Origin: Octopus sinensis
Lineage: Eukaryota
Assembly (NCBI RefSeq): GCF_006345805.1
Contig: NC_042999.1
Span: forward strand, 160,146,001 to 160,210,000
Direction: 5' to 3'
Length of the DNA: 64,000 bases
Shown here: positions 1 through 10,268 of the stretch, one piece after another
How positions within the stretch are numbered: the first letter of the stretch is position 1
Layout of the letters: the number at the start of each line of letters is the position of its first letter
Notes under the pieces: generated by a model
The model's database searches: none
Told to the model about the DNA's origin: nothing
The model's input: only the letters and a program-made list of their open reading frames with translations
Made by a program: the position numbers and the translations under genes

Positions 1-162
1 ATTTCTTGGAACCCTATCAAATCCCTTCTCCAGATCAATGAAGCATATGTACAACTCCTTCCCATTATCTCGGTATTCCTCCTGTAATCTTCTTACAATG
101 AACACTGCATCTATTGTCCCCGTTCCTGGCATAAAAGCAAATTGCATCTCATCCACATCTCC
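1..162 (-). mobile_element. RTE-clade LINE reverse transcriptase fragment in a GPAA1 intron
   Basis: Minus strand reads DEMQFAFMPGTGTIDAVFIVRRLQEEYRDNGKELYICFIDLEKGFDRVPR, the QxGF...D..F / FIDLEKAFD RT motifs. Confidence 0.8.
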
Positions 163-416
163 TTTGGCAGGATTCAAGTAGGCACAGGTTACAAGGAAGA
201 AGCTAAGAGTTTTCTTTTTTTGTATGTTGAAGAGAGTTATTTGTACTTTCTTCTCCACTTGATTATGGTAAACATGATCACTGGAAGGCCATTTTTATTC
301 AGATGAACATCATCATCATGATCATGATAATCCTACTCATCATTGATGTGATTTTTTTTTTTTTGTCTTCTATCATAATTTGCTCAAGTATACATAAGAA
401 TGATTTAAAAGATACG

Positions 417-436
417 TCCACCTTAACACATTTCAT
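417..436 (+). promoter_or_regulatory. U12-type branch point (TCCACCTTAAC) and non-canonical AT 3' splice site
   Basis: CCTTAAC at 421-427, branch A about 10 nt upstream of CAT|G. No polypyrimidine tract with an in-frame AG. Confidence 0.75.
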
Positions 437-709
437 GCCATTTCTTTGTGGATTGGTTCTGAAAAGCCAAAAGACAAAAATGAAAAGAAGCCACAAAAAA
501 GTGATTTAAATTCTTCCAAGCTAGAAAAAGATGAAAAAGAACCTGAAACAGAGAAACAAGAGAAAGAAGTAGAGAAAGAAGACAATGAAGTGAGTCAGTC
601 AAAGAAAGAGATTTCTTGTGAGAAGAAAGAAGAAGATCCACTGGAAAAATTGTCTAAAGATGTAAATGATATTGAAGATGATGACAGTTTGAAAAACGAC
701 CCAGATGAG
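437..709 (+). CDS. GPAA1: GPAA1 internal coding exon (AISLWIG...charged loop...DPDE), phase 0 to phase 0
   Basis: AISLWIG resembles vertebrate GPAA1 ALELWMQ, which starts exon 9. Donor GAG|GTAAGT at 709/710. Acceptor is TTTCAT|GCC with CCTTAAC at 421-427 (U12 type). Frame continues into the 3562 exon. Confidence 0.8.
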
Positions 710-913
710 GTAAGTAGCAGGAACCATTTTGGGTAATAACTGTAATAGCTGGTTTAGCACAGTGACTTGATATCAGAGATCAAATCCACTCTACATCGGT
801 TGGAGTGGAAGCAAAAGACTTCCGTTGCAAGTCTTTTTGCATTATTGGTGCGGTTGTGTGGTAAGAAGCTTGCTTCCCAACCATATGTGTGTGTCTTGCC
901 TGGAATCGAACTC

Positions 914-1190
914 GGGCATATGGCGTAGTGGTTAAGAGCGCGGGCTACAAACCCCAAGATTCCGAGTTCGATTCCAGGCAGTGACTTGAATAATAATAAT
1001 AATAATAATAATAATAGCAATATCGAAAAATAACTTACGAATGAGAACCCAGGTTCGAAATTTCCTCAAGACGCCTGATGAAGGCTGGAGGGTATATCAG
1101 CCGAAACGTGTTAACAAACGAGATGAGGACATATATCCGTCAAATGTAAATAATGTAAATAATATCTCATCTCCTAAATAGAGAACTGTA
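914..1190 (+). mobile_element. tRNA-derived SINE head joined through (AAT)n to a Penelope-like hammerhead-bearing segment
   Basis: A-box TGGCGTAGTGG and B-box GAGTTCGATTCC, then (AAT)n, then CTGATGA-A-GGCTG...CAGCC-GAAAC. Confidence 0.6.
1070..1112 (+). ncRNA. Minimal type I hammerhead ribozyme motif, cleavage site apparently degenerate
   Basis: CTGATGA 1075-1081, stem II GGCTG/CAGCC, GAAA 1103-1106, then CGTG (G at the H17 position). Confidence 0.55.
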
Positions 1191-1225
1191 TTTTATCAGG
1201 AGTCCTAACCATCCTGTATATTGAC

Positions 1226-1628
1226 AGGAAACCTGGACGTTATCAAAGAAGCTTGAGAGGCGGTTGGATGGAACCTACACTCGCCTCCTTATGAGAGCTC
1301 AAAATCTCTCGTGGAAGCGTCATCCAACCAAAATGCAAATATATGGGAAACTACCACCTGTGTCATCTCTTGTGAAAGGTAGGAGAGTCCAGTTTGCTGG
1401 ACATTGTTGTAGAGCTGAAAACAAGGCAATTTCTACTCTTCTCCTCTGGAAGCCATCTACTCGTGATACCAGAGGGCACACACTCTCCTACCCTGATGTA
1501 ATCTCCAGGGATACAGGCATCCAGCAACAGAACCTCCGTTATGCCATGATGGACCGTGAAGTCTGGCGTAGCATGGTAAATTCCATTGTCTCGATCACGG
1601 TCGAACAATGATGATGATGATGATGATG
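1226..1628 (+). mobile_element. RTE LINE 3' fragment with (ATG)n tail
   Basis: ETWTLSKKLERRLDGTYTRLL...VQFAGHC...W..MV, the post-RT region of RTE ORF. Near-identical to the inverted copy at 13261-13700. Confidence 0.85.
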
Positions 1629-2183
1629 TGTGTCTTATGTCTGTGTTTGTCCTGCTTGATAACAGGTGTTGGTGTGTTTATGTCTCCCATAACTTAGCGG
1701 TTCAGTAGAAGAGACTAATAGAATAAGTACCAGGCTTATAAAAAAACAAGTACTGAGGTCAATTCATTCAACTAAAAATTCTTCAAAGTGGTGCCCCAGC
1801 ATGGCCGCAGTCTAATCACTGAAACAGATAAAAGATAAAAGATATAAAGATAGTATTTACATACAAATATATAATTTGGTTGATTTGAATATAAAAACTG
1901 AAACCAAATGTACATAGGGCCACATCTCAGAAGGTTGGCTCTTCTCTTTGGAGCCAAAAAATACTTTAGCCTCTCACAATTACTGACACTCAAAGTTAAC
2001 CCCACACTGGAGTATAATTACTGTCATATACAGGACTTTGCTATCGTTGTATGCACAAACATTTTAGACTGTATCTGGAGAAAGTGTACTTGACTGATTG
2101 GTATTAAGTCACTCCAAGACATGCTCCAACTTCTGGTCCTCCAGGATGCTCTCTTTTTTCTCCACAGTTTTTCTATTGTTAGT

Positions 2184-2416
2184 ATAGGCGGCGAGCTGGA
2201 AGAAACGTTAGCACACTGGGCGAAATGCTTAGCGGTATTGCGTCTGTCGTTGCGTTCTGAGTTCAAATTCCGCCGAGGTCAACTTTGCCTTTCATCCTTT
2301 CGGGGTGGATAAATTAGGTACCAGTTACACACTGGGGTCGATGTAATCGACTTAATCCGTTTGTCTGTTCTTGTTTGTCCCCTCTATGTTTAGCCCCTTG
2401 TGGGCAATAAAGAAAC
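2184..2416 (+). mobile_element. tRNA-derived SINE, family B (GGCGGCGAGCTGG...GAGTTCAAATTCC...GTGGGyAATAAAGAAA)
   Basis: Pol III A/B boxes; many near-identical copies in this window. Confidence 0.85.
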
Positions 2417-2518
2417 AGTTAGTATAACAGTCTCTGCTTCTTGGAATTGGCTGGTATCGTGACACCTCAACTTGGGCAATCCAGACTCACCTGTCTCTCT
2501 CTCTCTACCTCTCATCAC

Positions 2519-3560
2519 GTAAGTTGTTATTAAGCCCCTCCTGTGGCCTGCACTAACCACTATGCTTAGGCCTTCCAGAACTTTCTCCCTGCTCATGTCT
2601 TTGCTGCAGTATCAACTTGCAAAAGTTGATCCTTTGTTGCATCATTTACACCCATACAAATATAAAGAAGAGATAGACCTAATTCAGTACAAAAAGTTAA
2701 AAAAAAAAAAATTAACTTTTACATTTATCTAAATAATCTGTTATTAATAAATCTTTCCAAAATGTATTCAGTGAAAATTTTGAAGGTTTTTTTAAAAAAT
2801 TGCTAATATTTGTAAAACTTATCTTTCAATGTAAGTTGTTATTAAGCCCCTCCTGTGGCCTGCACTAACCACTATGCTTAGGCCTTCCAGAACTTTCTCC
2901 CTGCTCATGTCCTTGCTGCAGTATCAACTTGCAAGAGTCGATCCTTTGTGGCATCATTTACACCCACACAAATATAAAGAAGAGATAGACCTAATTCAGT
3001 ACAAAAATTAAAAAAAAAAAAAAAAAAACTTTTATAGGTGCAGGAGCGGCTGTGTGGTAAGTAGCTTGCTAACCAACCACATGGTTCCGGGTTCAGTCCC
3101 ACTGCGTGGCATCTTAGGCAAGTGTCTTCTGCTATAGCCCCGGGCTGACCAATGCCTTGTGAGTGGATTTGGTAGATGGAAACTGAAAGAAGCCTGTCGT
3201 ATATATGTATATATATATGTGTGTGTATGTGTTTGTGTGTCTGTGTTTGTCCCCCTAGCATTGCTTGACAACTGATGCTGGTGTGTTTATGTCCCCATTA
3301 CTTAGCGGTTCGGCAAAAGAGACCGATAGAATAAGTACTGGGCTTACAAAGAATAAGTCCCGGGGTCGATTTGCTCGACTAAAAGGCGGTGCTCCAGCAT
3401 GGCCGCAGTCAAATGACTGAAACAAGTAAAAGAGTAAAAGAGAGAGAGTTACATTTATCTAAATAATCTGTTATTAATAAATCTTTCCAAAATGTATTCA
3501 GTGAAAATTTTGAAGGTTTTTTTAAAAATTGCTAATATTTGTAAAACTTATTATCTTTCA
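2519..3560 (+). repeat. Tandem duplication of a ~312 bp intron segment; second copy interrupted by a family A SINE
   Basis: 2519-2830 matches 2831-3033 plus 3449-3560 directly. Confidence 0.85.
3034..3448 (+). mobile_element. tRNA-derived SINE, family A (ATAGGCGCAGGAGTGGCTGTGTGG...GGTTCAGTCCC...(TA)n(TG)n...AAGTAAAAGAG)
   Basis: A/B boxes, internal microsatellite, (TAAAAGAG)n tail; nine near full-length copies in this window. Confidence 0.9.
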
Positions 3561-3561
3561 G

Positions 3562-3761
3562 CAGGAAGATAAGTCCCGAGATTTACTGTCCATCATACCA
3601 ATGATTATCTTGAGTTTCCTTGTTGGTTTAATGACATATTACCTGCCTGATGTATTCAATAGCCATGCACGTCACTTGAAGATACCAACAGATGAGGCTA
3701 TCACATATGGACTCATGGCATTGTTCTCTGCCTGGCTTTTCTTTCCGCGATTCATTTCTAA
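3562..3761 (+). CDS. GPAA1: GPAA1 coding exon (QEDKSRDLLSIIPMIILSFLVGL...FFPRFIS), transmembrane segments; NAGNAG acceptor, so start is 3562 or 3565
   Basis: TTTCAG|CAG|GAA acceptor, AA|GTAAGT donor (phase 2). Two hydrophobic helices, matching GPAA1 exon 10 architecture. Confidence 0.85.
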
Positions 3762-3854
3762 GTAAGTTGGTGACAAATTTTGGAAAATCTCAATGTTTTC
3801 AATGAAAAGTAGATAGGAAGAAAATGTTTTCAGATTTTATATATATTATATATA

Positions 3855-4060
3855 TTTCTTTATTGCCCACAAGGGGCTAAACACAGAGGGGACAAACAAG
3901 GACAGACAAAGGGATTAAGTCGATTACATCGACCCCAGTGCAAAACTGGTACTTTATTTATCGACCCCGAAAGGATGAAAGGCGAAGTCGACCCTGGCGG
4001 AATTTGAACTCAGAACATAACGACAGACGAAATACCGCTAAGCATTTTGCCCGGCGCGCT
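3855..4060 (-). mobile_element. SINE family B, 5'-truncated
   Basis: Reverse complement of 2184-2416. Confidence 0.85.
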
Positions 4061-4468
4061 ATATTTTGAACTCATTTATCATATGATAACATTTGTTTAT
4101 GTAGCATCAATTTTTAAATTAGCTTGCTCATGGATTTTTCATTCATCCCTCACTCCAAAGAGAGAGAGAGGGAGACACACACAAATTTTTCTTTTAAACC
4201 AATTCCATGTAAATATTTTTTGATGATAGAAACAATTTATTTATTTGTGACATAATGCTTAGAATGGCGTATGTGTGTCTAAGTGTTCTGGTTGAGAAAG
4301 AAACGGCAGTTTCTCTTTTCTTCACTCATTTAAGGGTTTTAAGGTAGGCTATCTAAGGTAACTCCCATATGTCAATGGCCCTACTTTTTGTAAACTAATT
4401 TTGAATGTTAAACTAACTTGTAGACATTTTAACTTAAGTTTATTTATATATATTTTTTTTTCTTTCAG

Positions 4469-4645
4469 AAAACCACATGAATTTGACAATGGTTTTCAAG
4501 TTGACTGGCCCCTGTTAAAATGTGTCACTCTCATCTTCCAGTCCCTTGTTCTTTTTTCAATTGCATTAATGAACATCTCTCTGGCATTTTTCCTTGCTGC
4601 TACAATCATTCCAGTTTCAGTCATTGTACAACCTGTGTCAAACAA
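4469..4645 (+). CDS. GPAA1: GPAA1 coding exon (KPHEFDNGFQVDWPLLKCVTLIFQSLVLFSIALMNISLAFFLAATIIPVSVIVQPVSN)
   Basis: Aligns by eye with human GPAA1 W..[39 protein letters not shown] acceptor and AA|GTAAGT donor, phase 2 to phase 2. Confidence 0.9.
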
Positions 4646-4727
4646 GTAAGTTCTTCATTTTTCTGTCAGAATCCTGTTTTTGAACAGCAACAGGATTATC
4701 TGGCACAATCTTTTCGCTGTTATTTAA

Positions 4728-4948
4728 CCCTTTAGCATTCAAACCGGCTATACCCGGCCCAAACATTCTACTTGTTTTATACCCAAATTGGCCAGATCCA
4801 ACCTTTCATACCTATCCCACAATGTCATTCTGAAAAATAAGCAATCACATTATTGAAATCTTGAAGCTATGAGACAATGCATGGTTGATTCAAAACAAGG
4901 TGAATAAATAAGCATTAGATTTGACAAAGAAATCTGGATGCTAAAGGG
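4728..4948. mobile_element. piggyBac-like MITE
   Basis: TTAA|CCCTTTAGCATTC ... GATGCTAAAGGG|TTAA, TTAA target duplication. Confidence 0.8.
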
Positions 4949-5049
4949 TTAACTACAAATCAGCCCTGATTGAGCAGATCCATGGTCAATGGTATTCCAG
5001 CTATGGCTAATCTTTCTTGAACTACATTATCTTAATCATCCTTTATTAA

Positions 5050-5269
5050 CCCTTTGGTGTTCAAATTTCTCTGTTAAATATAATACTTTTTCACTCAAAT
5101 TGTTTTGAATTAATCATGCATTGTGTTATAGCTTTGAGGTTTCAATGATATGATTGTTTATTTTTAGAATAATATTGTAGGGTAAGTGTGAGAAACCAGA
5201 TCTGGCTAGTTTGAATATAAAACATTTAGAATATTTGGGCCGGATATGGCTGGTTTAAACACTAAAGGG
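5050..5269. mobile_element. piggyBac-like MITE, same family, opposite orientation to 4728-4948
   Basis: TTAA|CCCTTTGGTG ... CACTAAAGGG|TTAA. Confidence 0.8.
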
Positions 5270-6131
5270 TTAAAATTATATGATATAAAACTTAGATAAA
5301 AACTTAGATATGTTTCGACCAAAGATTGGTCCAGGCCATGTCTAACTTAATAGCACCACCTGATAGGATTATTCGAATCCTGTTTAAGTCAAGTTTTGTT
5401 CAAGTAGTGAGTTCTTGTTGGGTGAGTTGTATCAAGTTTTGTTCAAGTAGTGAGTTCTTGTTGGGTGAGTTGTATCCAATTATGGGTGGCTTATCTGGTA
5501 TTCTTTGAAGGAATCTATCCAGACTCCGTTTAAAGTTGATGGGATCCTTTTCCTCTTTGATCTCCCTAGGGACAATGTTAAATAGGGCAGGGCCTGTTGA
5601 GGAAAAGAAATTATGTTGCAGTGTACATGTATGTTGTGATCTTGAATTGGGCAGGGGACGTATGGCCCGTGGTCCCAGTCTTGGATGAACCTTGAAGCTA
5701 AGAAAGATTTGACAGTCAAGAGGTTCTTTTCATGGTCCATATCATTTTACAGAGGTTCCTTCATTGCCTCTTGGAACTTCCATCTAAATATAGTATTTGA
5801 CTAGCAACTTTTGGGGTTGTGAGTTCATGTGTATCACTGCTGTTTTGTTCATTCACTTAGCAGTGAACTTAATTGAATGTGTCTCAATTTAACCTCGATT
5901 GTCCGTCTTTTTCTGTTGAAGTTACATGCATCAGATCAACTTCTTATCCAGAGAAAGATCAACTTCTTATCCAGAGAAAGATCAACTTCTTATCCATATG
6001 AAAGGAGAGGCCACTATATAATCCAGTTTTTGTTTCATGCAACAACACGGGAGCGGAGACACAACACCACTCATACCCAATAATTTATGAAATATTGCAC
6101 ACAAATCTCAAAACTGATTGTTTCCCATTAA

Positions 6132-6590
6132 CCCTTTAGTATTCATATTATTCTATCAAATGCAATGCTTATTGTTTCCACATTGTTTAGAATTAATTAT
6201 GCATTATCTTGTAACCTCAAGATTTCAATGATGTGACTGTTTTTAGAATGCCTATTTCTTTATTACCCACAAGGGGCTAAACACAGAGGGGACAAACAAG
6301 GACAGACATAGGTATTAAGTCGATTACATTGACCCCAGTGCGTAACTGGTACTTAATTTATCGACCCCGAAAGGATGAAAGGCAAAGTCGACCTCGGCGG
6401 AATTTGAACTCACAACGTAACGCAGACGAAATACCGCTAAGTATTTCGCCCGGCATGCTAACGTTTCTGCCAGCTCGCCGCCTGTTTTTAGAATGCCATT
6501 GTAAAGTAGGTATTAGAGGCTGAATCTGGCCAGTTTAAACCTAAAACAGAATGTTTTGGCTTGATATGGCCGGTTTTAAGGGCTAAAGGG
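6132..6590. mobile_element. piggyBac-like MITE interrupted by a family B SINE
   Basis: TTAACCCTTTAG start, GCTAAAGGG end; SINE at 6253-6481. Confidence 0.7.
6253..6481 (-). mobile_element. SINE family B with 16-bp target site duplication
   Basis: CTGTTTTTAGAATGCC at 6237-6252 and 6482-6497. Confidence 0.9.
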
Positions 6591-7295
6591 ATAATCTATA
6601 AAAAACCAAAGATTTTCTATAAATCTTGTTTCTGCTTTTTAGTGGAAGACAAATCAGCAGCATTGTCATAGGAGAGTAATGGCCTTGATAAAGCAATTAG
6701 TCAATCCCAATTACCATATTATGTGATTGAAGACTAAGATGTTTGCAGATAAGACACCCTGGAAAGAGATGCTGGCATAATGCGTGTCCTTCCTTTAGCA
6801 AAATTTAGTTATATTGCATGGAACGACAGCTGGAAACAGTGGATTTTACAACAAAGTGATTGAAATTCGATTGTAAAGATAGTGGAATTCTCACTGATAC
6901 TACAACGAAGTTGGGAATTCAGTTTTGTGATGTAGAATAAGTTATTGCATTACCACCTGAAGAATCGTCACCCCCAATCCTCAGTGAATCATCATCATCA
7001 TCATCATCATCATCATTTAACGTCCGCTTTTCAATGCTAGCATGGGTTGGACGAAATGACTGAGGTCTGGCGAACCAGACTCCAATCTGATCTGGCAGAG
7101 TTTCTACAGCTGGATGCCCTTCCTAACCAAATACGTATATTTATATTCAGATATCCATTCACTTGTGTTACATATCTTTGTGGAAGTTTAATTTAAAATT
7201 TCAAAAATTCTATACACAATGTTCCAAAATTCACCGAAGATAGAATAATATAGATTATATCACAAAATATTATTTATATGGTATATAGTATATGT

Positions 7296-7605
7296 GGCGG
7301 CGCAATGGCCCAGTGGTTAGGGCAGCGGACTCGCGGTCGTAGGATCATGGTTTCGATTCCCAGACCGGGCGTTGTGAGTGTTTATTGAGCGAAAACACCT
7401 AAAAGCTCCACGAGGCTTCGGCAGGGGGTGGTGATCCCTGCTGTACTCTTTTGCTGCAACTTTCTCTCACTCTTTCTCCTGTTGGCCTCCTTGCTTAGCC
7501 AGCAGGGTGGCGTCATTTGAAGGCTAAAACAATGCGAAGTGCATTGTGACCAGCGATGTGTAGCAACATCTGATAGCCTGGTCGGTCATGGTGATCACGG
7601 TGATA
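7296..7605 (+). mobile_element. tRNA-derived SINE, family D
   Basis: TGGCCCAGTGG A-box and GGTTTCGATTCC B-box followed by a non-tRNA body. Confidence 0.7.
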
Positions 7606-8149
7606 TAGTATATGTATTGTTGTTTAGCCGCCGGTCATCTTACTATTGCTATTTGTCCACCCAGGCTATCTCCATGTATTGATAGCACTGTAAGCAATGT
7701 ATGAGACAAAATTTGTTTACAGGAAGTTAATGATTTGTATAACATAATTGTCGAGTTGTCTAGTATTATTCATTCTAGTTTTAGGTAGATCTTAAAACTA
7801 GCTAATTAGTAAGAGTCATCTCCCTTGCAGTATCAAAACTTCTTAGATAAAAGTTAAGCCTTTTCTAAGACAGAATAGTTTCATTTTGATAAATGTGTTA
7901 TTGTCCTTTGTAATTGGTTTAATATTTGGATGCTTGTTGAATGATAACATACACAGTTCTTATAAACTATTGCCAGATTACATATCATAATTGAAAATTA
8001 GGAACAGAAATGTAAGAGCATTTTTGGGGAATTGAATTTTATTCCTTCAATTTTTTAAAAGGAAAAGAACAAGTTTTGTTAAGAAATTTAACCTGTAAAA
8101 TAAAAATAATAAAATGATAAAATAAAAAGAAAAATGGCAAATTCGCTTT

Positions 8150-8612
8150 AACTCTTTCAGCATTTAGATTACTCTATTAAGTGTAATTCTTATTTATTCA
8201 CATTATTTGGAATTAATCATACATTATCTTATAGCTTTGAGATTTAGATGGTATCATCATCATCATCATCATCATCATCGTCCGATTTCCATGCTGTCAT
8301 GGGTTGGACGGTGCAACTGGGGTCTGGGAAGCCAGAAGGTTGCACCAGGCCCAGTCTGATCTGGCAATGTTTCTACGACTAGATGCCCTTCCTAACGCCA
8401 GCCACTCCATGAGTGTAGTGGGTGCTTTTTACGTGCCAGACGAGGCTGGCAAACGGCCACGGTCGGATGGTGCTTTTTACGTGCCACCGGCACGATTGCT
8501 TATTTTAAGAATGACATTGTAGGGTAAGTGTGAGAGGTTGGATCTGGCCAGTCTGAGCATAAAATAGGTAGAATATTTTGGCTTGATATGGCTGATTTAA
8601 ATGCTAAAGGAT
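8150..8612. mobile_element. Diverged piggyBac-like MITE containing an RTE 3'-tail insertion (~8255-8495)
   Basis: Body matches 5050-5269; (CAT)n-flanked insert with GGATGCCCTTCC-type motif. Confidence 0.6.
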
Positions 8613-8714
8613 TAGGGTTATATCAGATTAAGTTTAGGTATCAAAAGATTTCACAATAACAAAGCATTTGTATTTTAATGCTCATCTTCATATTAAGTTT
8701 GTTTTAAAATCTTA

Positions 8715-9191
8715 CCGTAAATCCTCGAGTATAATCTGCATTTTTTCCCCCAAATTAAAGGTCAAAATCTCTAGTGCGTATTATACACGAGGTTAAAAAT
8801 GAAAATTATTTTCTAAGCAATGTTCGAGTCTCTATTTGCTGTCAGCAATGTTTATTCATAAGCATTTTGTGATGTCGGGCGCGAAAATACCTTAAATCAT
8901 CCATAACTTGCTGTAAGCAACATTTATTAAACGTTATTACTGTTATTTCTTTATTTTCTGCAAATGAAATGCACAAAAAAGCTACACATTTGCATTATGT
9001 TATATATACAATAATAATAAAGTGCATTACCGTGTACATTTTTACAACCAAGGACGTTATATAGACCTCCTTGACTCAAGTTAGAGAAGGGGTGCGTATT
9101 ATACACAAGGTTTAGGTTTTTCAGAGGTACAGCCCGCTAAAAATCCCCTGCGTATTATACTCAAGGGCGGACTATACTCGAGGATTTACGG
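8715..9191. mobile_element. Tc1/mariner-superfamily (pogo-type) MITE
   Basis: TA|CCGTAAATCCTCGAGTATA ... TATACTCGAGGATTTACGG|TA terminal inverted repeats with TA duplication. Confidence 0.8.
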
Positions 9192-9444
9192 TATATATAT
9201 GAGAGGATATTTGAGTGCATATATCAGATGGCAGATTTAGTAGAGTTTTCTGCAGAATACCTTCTGATTTTTGATTATGAGCATTCTTTCTGGGTTGACT
9301 TTGCGTTTGTGTTTCTGAAGTCAATAAAATAAATGCTAAAATTGATATTATCGACTGTCGTCATATTGGGACACCTGAATGGCGGTGCCCCAGCATGGCC
9401 CCACAGCTCGTGAGCTGAAACTAGATAAAATGAAAAAATATCGA

Positions 9445-9606
9445 ATAGGCGCAGGAGTGGCTGTGTGGTAAGTAGCTTGCTAACCAACCACATGGTTCCG
9501 GGTTCAGTCCCACTGCGTGGCATCTTGAGCAAGTGTCTTCTGCTATAGCCCCGGGCCAATGTGAGTGGATTTGGTAGACGGAAACTGAAAGAAGCTTGTA
9601 TATATG

Positions 9607-9643
<37 letters not shown>

Positions 9644-9838
9644 CTGTGTTTGTCCCCCTAGCATTGCTTGACAACTGATGCTGGTGTGTTTATGTCCCCG
9701 TCACTTAGCGGTTCGGCAAAAGAGATCGATAGAATAAGTACTGGGCTTACAAAGAATAAGTCCCGGGGTCGAGTTGCTCGATTAAAGGTGGTGCTCCAGC
9801 ATGGCCGCAGTCAAATGACTGAAACAAGTAAAAGAGTA
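9445..9838 (+). mobile_element. SINE family A
   Basis: Full-length copy; AAAATAT(C/T)GAAT flanking duplication. Confidence 0.9.
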
Positions 9839-9970
9839 AAATATTGAATGTAGTAAAAACATATTTATCTAATGTGCATGTCAAATGAAAAAAATTTGCA
9901 ATGATTCTCATTATTTTCCATTTACTCTGTGTTAGTAATTCACTAATTTATTTCAATTTATCTTTCACAG

Positions 9971-10268
9971 GTTGCTCCAGTGTCTGCAGTCAGTGTTATT
10001 GCTCTTGGTATCACCACCTGTCCTCATATATTTGGCTTCTGTTGTTTCAGTAATAGATGAGCAGAGACCAGATTCCGTGATTGACATAATAGTTAATGCT
10101 TGGTCTCAGCTTAAAGATACTGTATTATTAAGTATTCTAGACTATTCACTGCTCTCCTGTTGGACATATCCAGTATTTTGCTTTGCTATCTATCCAAACT
10201 GGATAATGTTGTGGGGTGTATCTCACATGAGACTTGAAAGCGACAGCACTTTATTCCGTTTCAGTTAG
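9971..10268 (+). CDS. GPAA1: GPAA1 terminal coding exon (LLQCLQSVLLLLVSPP...YPVFCFAIYPNWIMLW...FRFS*)
   Basis: TTTCACAG acceptor, phase 2. LLLLVSP and YP.W.L.W match human LLVLTSP and LYPCWLLFW at the C-terminus. Stop TAG at 10266-10268. Confidence 0.9.

Noticed and set aside
405-412. Canonical AG acceptor for the first GPAA1 exon
   Set aside because: Purine-rich context, adds non-homologous residues, and is 25 nt from the conserved exon start, so out of frame for a phase 0 intron.
770-845. Two adjacent hairpins (TCCACTC/GAGTGGA and GCAAAAGACTT/AAGTCTTTTTGC) as an intronic H/ACA snoRNA
   Set aside because: No hinge with an ANANNA box between the hairpins and no ACA tail.
914-985. Possible tRNA gene (also considered at 7296 and 63060)
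   Set aside because: A/B boxes are present, but there is no closing acceptor stem or clean anticodon arm, and each runs into a repeat body. These are SINE heads.
5389-5995. Short tandem duplications (~42 bp x2 at ~5389-5474 and 23 bp x~2.7 at ~5932-5995)
   Set aside because: Ordinary slippage duplications in decayed intronic sequence; no further structure.
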